A program made the translations under genes and the position numbers. Shown here in pieces: positions 21,322 through 24,000 of a stretch of 24,000 nucleotides of DNA. Location of the stretch: contig JAAXIO010000050.1 in assembly GCA_012270305.1 (NCBI GenBank), positions 9,078 through 33,077 of the forward strand, written 5' to 3'. The notes below the pieces were generated by a model. It searched no databases. It had not been told where the DNA came from and saw nothing but the letters and a program-made list of their open reading frames with translations. Each line of letters begins with the position of its first letter. The first letter of the stretch is position 1. The DNA comes from Candidatus Saccharimonadota bacterium. GTDB taxonomy: Bacteria; Patescibacteriota; Saccharimonadia; Saccharimonadales; Saccharimonadaceae.

Positions 21322-21975
21322 CTACATGACGACGCGCCGAGGTTGTTTTACTCGTTTTGGCTGGCCTTCTGGCACTATCATTTTAGAGGCTTGCAAACGT
21401 AGTTCAGTTGAAAGGTCTGATTGGCCGGCCCGATCATATGCGTCTGCCAAAATAGTGAGCGTTTGCGGATTTTTTTCGAGTTCGACCGCTCGCTCTAGTG
21501 CGGTTAACATTTTCTTAGTATTGCCTACTTTCTCGTGCGCCTTAGCGTATGCTATGTGGCGAGCCGCTAGGTCTTCTTCAATTTCGAGCGCCTGTTCAAA
21601 TGCGAGTATCGCCTTGTCGTACTGTTCTGTTTCGTAATAAATCAGCCCTACATTATGAAGACTACTGGCACTTGGTTCGAGACTTTGGGCGATCTCAAAG
21701 CATTCAATTGCGTCTTCGTACGCTTGCTGCTTAGCATATAGGATTCCAAGTCGGTTGTAGGCTGTAGCATTTCGCTCATCCACACGCAGGATCGTGAGCA
21801 GTGCCTTTTCAGCTCGTAAATATTTCTTATCTTTGAGACTTTCTTGAGCAATTTCCCACAAGCGATCAAGTTTATGTGTTACTCGAGAAGGTAACTCGAG
21901 GGCTACTTCTGCGATAGTTTGTTTTTGATATAGCGCCCATGCTGCCGCTAACGCTAGTAAAAGTAATCCAAGCAT
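21322..21975 (-). CDS. Membrane-anchored tetratricopeptide-repeat (TPR) protein
   Basis: An N-terminal hydrophobic anchor (MLGLLLLALAAAWALY) is followed by several 34-aa TPR-like units (AYNRLGILYAKQQAYEDAIECFEIAQSLEP and others). Confidence 0.75.
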   Translation of the reverse strand: MLGLLLLALAAAWALYQKQTIAEVALELPSRVTHKLDRLWEIAQESLKDKKYLRAEKALLTILRVDERNATAYNRLGILYAKQQAYEDAIECFEIAQSLEPSASSLHNVGLIYYETEQYDKAILAFEQALEIEEDLAARHIAYAKAHEKVGNTKKMLTALERAVELEKNPQTLTILADAYDRAGQSDLSTELRLQASKMIVPEGQPKRVKQPRRVVM

Positions 21976-21985
21976 TCTATTCGTA

Positions 21986-21994
21986 ATTATACCA
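21986..21994 (-). promoter_or_regulatory. Extended -10 box TGgTATAAT, 10 nt upstream of ATG 21975
   Basis: Minus strand reads ataTGgTATAATtacgaatagaATG. Confidence 0.4.
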
Positions 21995-22007
21995 TATAAA
22001 ATACTAC

Positions 22008-22829
22008 TTATTTTGTGATGGCACGCAGGAATTGCACACGAATATTGCCGTTAGCACGAATTGATTCGCTGCAGGACATCAGATTGTCAATCATTCTGAT
22101 TGTATGGCTGTGATTCATAGACCCAATAGACTTTCTCAACATCAAAAGTATGACTTCTATCAGCTCAATTGCTCCCGATCGGTCATCTTTTAAACTAGAG
22201 ATTATCACCATTCGTTGGTAGGTATTACCTTCAACGAATGCCTTTGCGGTAGCTGCACGCTCGCCGAGTACTTTAAAGTCAGCTGGTGAATCGGCCATTC
22301 GGCATAGTTCTGCTGGTAACCCTGAAGCAATGAATAGGAGACGTCGCACTACAAGCTCATCGTTCACTCCCAAGGACTTCAGTAGTTCACTACTCGCTTG
22401 CTGGCTAATTGGGGGAACTGCGAAATGTCGTACTCTTGAGCGTATGGTAGGTAAAAGTTTTTCAACGGAATGGGTAGTTAGAATAAAGTGAATTGTCTCA
22501 TTCGGCTCCTCGAGAAGTTTCAACAGTGCGTTCTGAGCTGAGTGATTCATTGTGTCGGCATCGTCTATCACAATAAAATGTGGGCCATTGAGTCGTGTTC
22601 TTGCCCGCTCATATAGCGACCGTATCTGCTCCACGCTAATTGAAGGTAACGAAGTTGGTGTTTTGCGAATGGGCGTAACGGTATTTAGTAGTGTCCCAGA
22701 CTGACTCACTAGCGACGCAGCTAACGTATGGAGTCCGCTGCCCTTCGGCCCGCTTATTAATTGTGCCTGTGGAGCGGCTGCCTTAAATTGCGACACAAAT
22801 GCTTTTGTTGATTCGTTGAGCACTAGCAT
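22008..22829 (-). CDS. holB: DNA polymerase III delta-prime subunit (clamp-loader AAA+)
   Basis: Contains GPKGSGLHTLA, VIDDADTMNHSAQNALLKLLEEP and LPTIRSRV (sensor/SRC-like) motifs. Confidence 0.8.
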   Translation of the reverse strand: MLVLNESTKAFVSQFKAAAPQAQLISGPKGSGLHTLAASLVSQSGTLLNTVTPIRKTPTSLPSISVEQIRSLYERARTRLNGPHFIVIDDADTMNHSAQNALLKLLEEPNETIHFILTTHSVEKLLPTIRSRVRHFAVPPISQQASSELLKSLGVNDELVVRRLLFIASGLPAELCRMADSPADFKVLGERAATAKAFVEGNTYQRMVIISSLKDDRSGAIELIEVILLMLRKSIGSMNHSHTIRMIDNLMSCSESIRANGNIRVQFLRAITK

Positions 22830-22832
22830 AGC

Positions 22833-23657
22833 TTAGGCTACTTGGCTCTTAAATGAAGCGGGTAATGGAGAGCTAAATACTTTTCTTTCACCGCCGGGGA
22901 GTGTTACTTCGAGTGAAGCAGCATGAAGATACATCCGATCCGCATCCACTGATCCATACACGGGATCACCAACTATGGGTGTACCTAGATAGGCCATATG
23001 AACGCGAAGTTGGTGAGTGCGCCCGGTCTTAGGCTTAAGATCTATCAAGCTCTTTTCATCATTGCTCGTGAGTACTTTATAGTAGGTTTCTGCAGATTTA
23101 CCACCAGGGCCAACGCGAAACGTACTGGGTGCACTTGGGTTTCGTTCAATCGGTAAATCAATCATAGCCTCAAGTTGATTTGGTACTCCTGAAACTACCG
23201 CCATGTAGTGCTTTTTTGTTGTGCGGTTCGTAAATTGCTTTGCTATATACGCAGCAGCCTCATTTGTTTTTACACAAAGTAGTACGCCGGACGTAGCCCT
23301 ATCAAGTCGATGAATGATACCGGGCCGATTCGTTTCCTGCTTATAGTCCGTAAGCGGTCGTACGAACTCTGCTACCGTGAATTCCTGATTTACGGCACCT
23401 TTACTGTGCGTAAGTACACCCACAGGCTTATCAATAACTATCACCGAGTTGTCTTCATATATAATCGGCAGCTTCATATCATCGTAGGAAGGTTGTTGTG
23501 GCGGGGTGGCTTCGATACTATCTGTCTCTGTTACGTCGCGCTTTATCTGTTTCTCAACCTTACCGTTTACCCTCACATAGCCAGCTTGAATCAACTTCTG
23601 CCAAGTAGACCGCGACTGCTCTGGCCATTGTTTTGCAACATACACATCAAGACGCAT
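22833..23657 (-). CDS. RluA/RluD-family 23S rRNA pseudouridine synthase (S4 domain + catalytic domain); start set to ATG 23657
   Basis: HRLDRATSGVLL is the catalytic Asp motif, with GRTHQLRVH and an N-terminal S4-like RLDVYVA. The track's TTG start at 23681 overlaps trpS, whereas ATG 23657 has GAAGGT 8 nt upstream. Confidence 0.85.
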   Translation of the reverse strand: MRLDVYVAKQWPEQSRSTWQKLIQAGYVRVNGKVEKQIKRDVTETDSIEATPPQQPSYDDMKLPIIYEDNSVIVIDKPVGVLTHSKGAVNQEFTVAEFVRPLTDYKQETNRPGIIHRLDRATSGVLLCVKTNEAAAYIAKQFTNRTTKKHYMAVVSGVPNQLEAMIDLPIERNPSAPSTFRVGPGGKSAETYYKVLTSNDEKSLIDLKPKTGRTHQLRVHMAYLGTPIVGDPVYGSVDADRMYLHAASLEVTLPGGERKVFSSPLPASFKSQVA

Positions 23658-23664
23658 GGCTATA

Positions 23665-24000
23665 CTACCTTCGAAGGCCAACTGCCTGCTGTACGGCCTG
23701 AAGCGTTCTGTTTGCCTGCACGTTCATAGCTTTTTCAGACGATTCTAGCTTTTCAAGTACTGCGGCCTCGTCGACATTCTTCAGCTTATGTTGAAAATCA
23801 GTTAAGAAGCGCCTTACCTCATCCGCTACAATCTTTTTAAATTCACCGTAGCGAGTTTCGCCCTCAAATTCTTTAGCGGTATCTACTACCGATGTGTTTC
23901 GTAGCAGTGCGAGAATTTCTAGCAAATTACTGATGCCTGGCTGGCTTGCACGATCAAACGCTACATTTGCCTTATCGTCGGTGGTAGCACTCATAATTTT
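23665..24000 (-). CDS. trpS: Tryptophan--tRNA ligase, C-terminal part; the 5' end runs off the right edge
   Basis: DDKANVAFDRASQPGISNLLEILALL..YGEFKKIVADEV..RTLQAVQQAVGL matches the TrpRS C-terminal anticodon-binding region. The reading frame stays open to position 24000. Confidence 0.85.
   Translation of the reverse strand, partial: KIMSATTDDKANVAFDRASQPGISNLLEILALLRNTSVVDTAKEFEGETRYGEFKKIVADEVRRFLTDFQHKLKNVDEAAVLEKLESSEKAMNVQANRTLQAVQQAVGLRR

Noticed and set aside
1-24000. CRISPR arrays, rRNA genes, IS/transposase/integrase genes, tandem repeats
   Set aside because: I saw no spaced direct repeats, rRNA-like segments or recombinase-like ORFs on either strand. The only notable repeats are the inverted repeats reported above.

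Overview
This 24-kb window looks like a small-genome bacterial chromosome segment. The most likely source is a CPR/Patescibacteria, Saccharibacteria-like organism; that is an inference from gene content, compact gene spacing and roughly mid-40s % G+C on hand-counted lines. Most genes are on the minus strand. The backbone is the ancient tRNA-Thr/Tyr/Thr - rpmG - tRNA-Trp - secE - nusG - rplK - rplA arrangement, still in order and co-oriented but split apart by accessory insertions. The insertions include a fused trehalose-6-P synthase/phosphatase, a DUF475-like membrane protein, a GT4/GH57/GH15 alpha-glucan cluster and an MscS channel. They also include a GT2 glycosyltransferase, an orphan PAS histidine kinase, a DUF45 metallopeptidase, a P-loop kinase and several small or hypothetical ORFs. 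thyA (partial), holB, an RluA-family pseudouridine synthase and trpS (partial) sit at the edges. The stand-out region is 12.57-13.63 kb, immediately downstream of tRNA-Trp. It holds a compositionally foreign GC-rich ORF (about 62% G+C, all Lys codons AAG) bracketed by perfect 13-bp inverted repeats. Two nt after the distal repeat comes a complete type III hammerhead self-cleaving ribozyme (minus strand 12720->12666), then a terminator hairpin. No integrase or transposase is present. Many genes carry a TGnTATAAT-type -10 box only 6-10 nt from the ATG, suggesting widespread leaderless transcripts. I found no CRISPR array, rRNA or recognisable IS/transposase.
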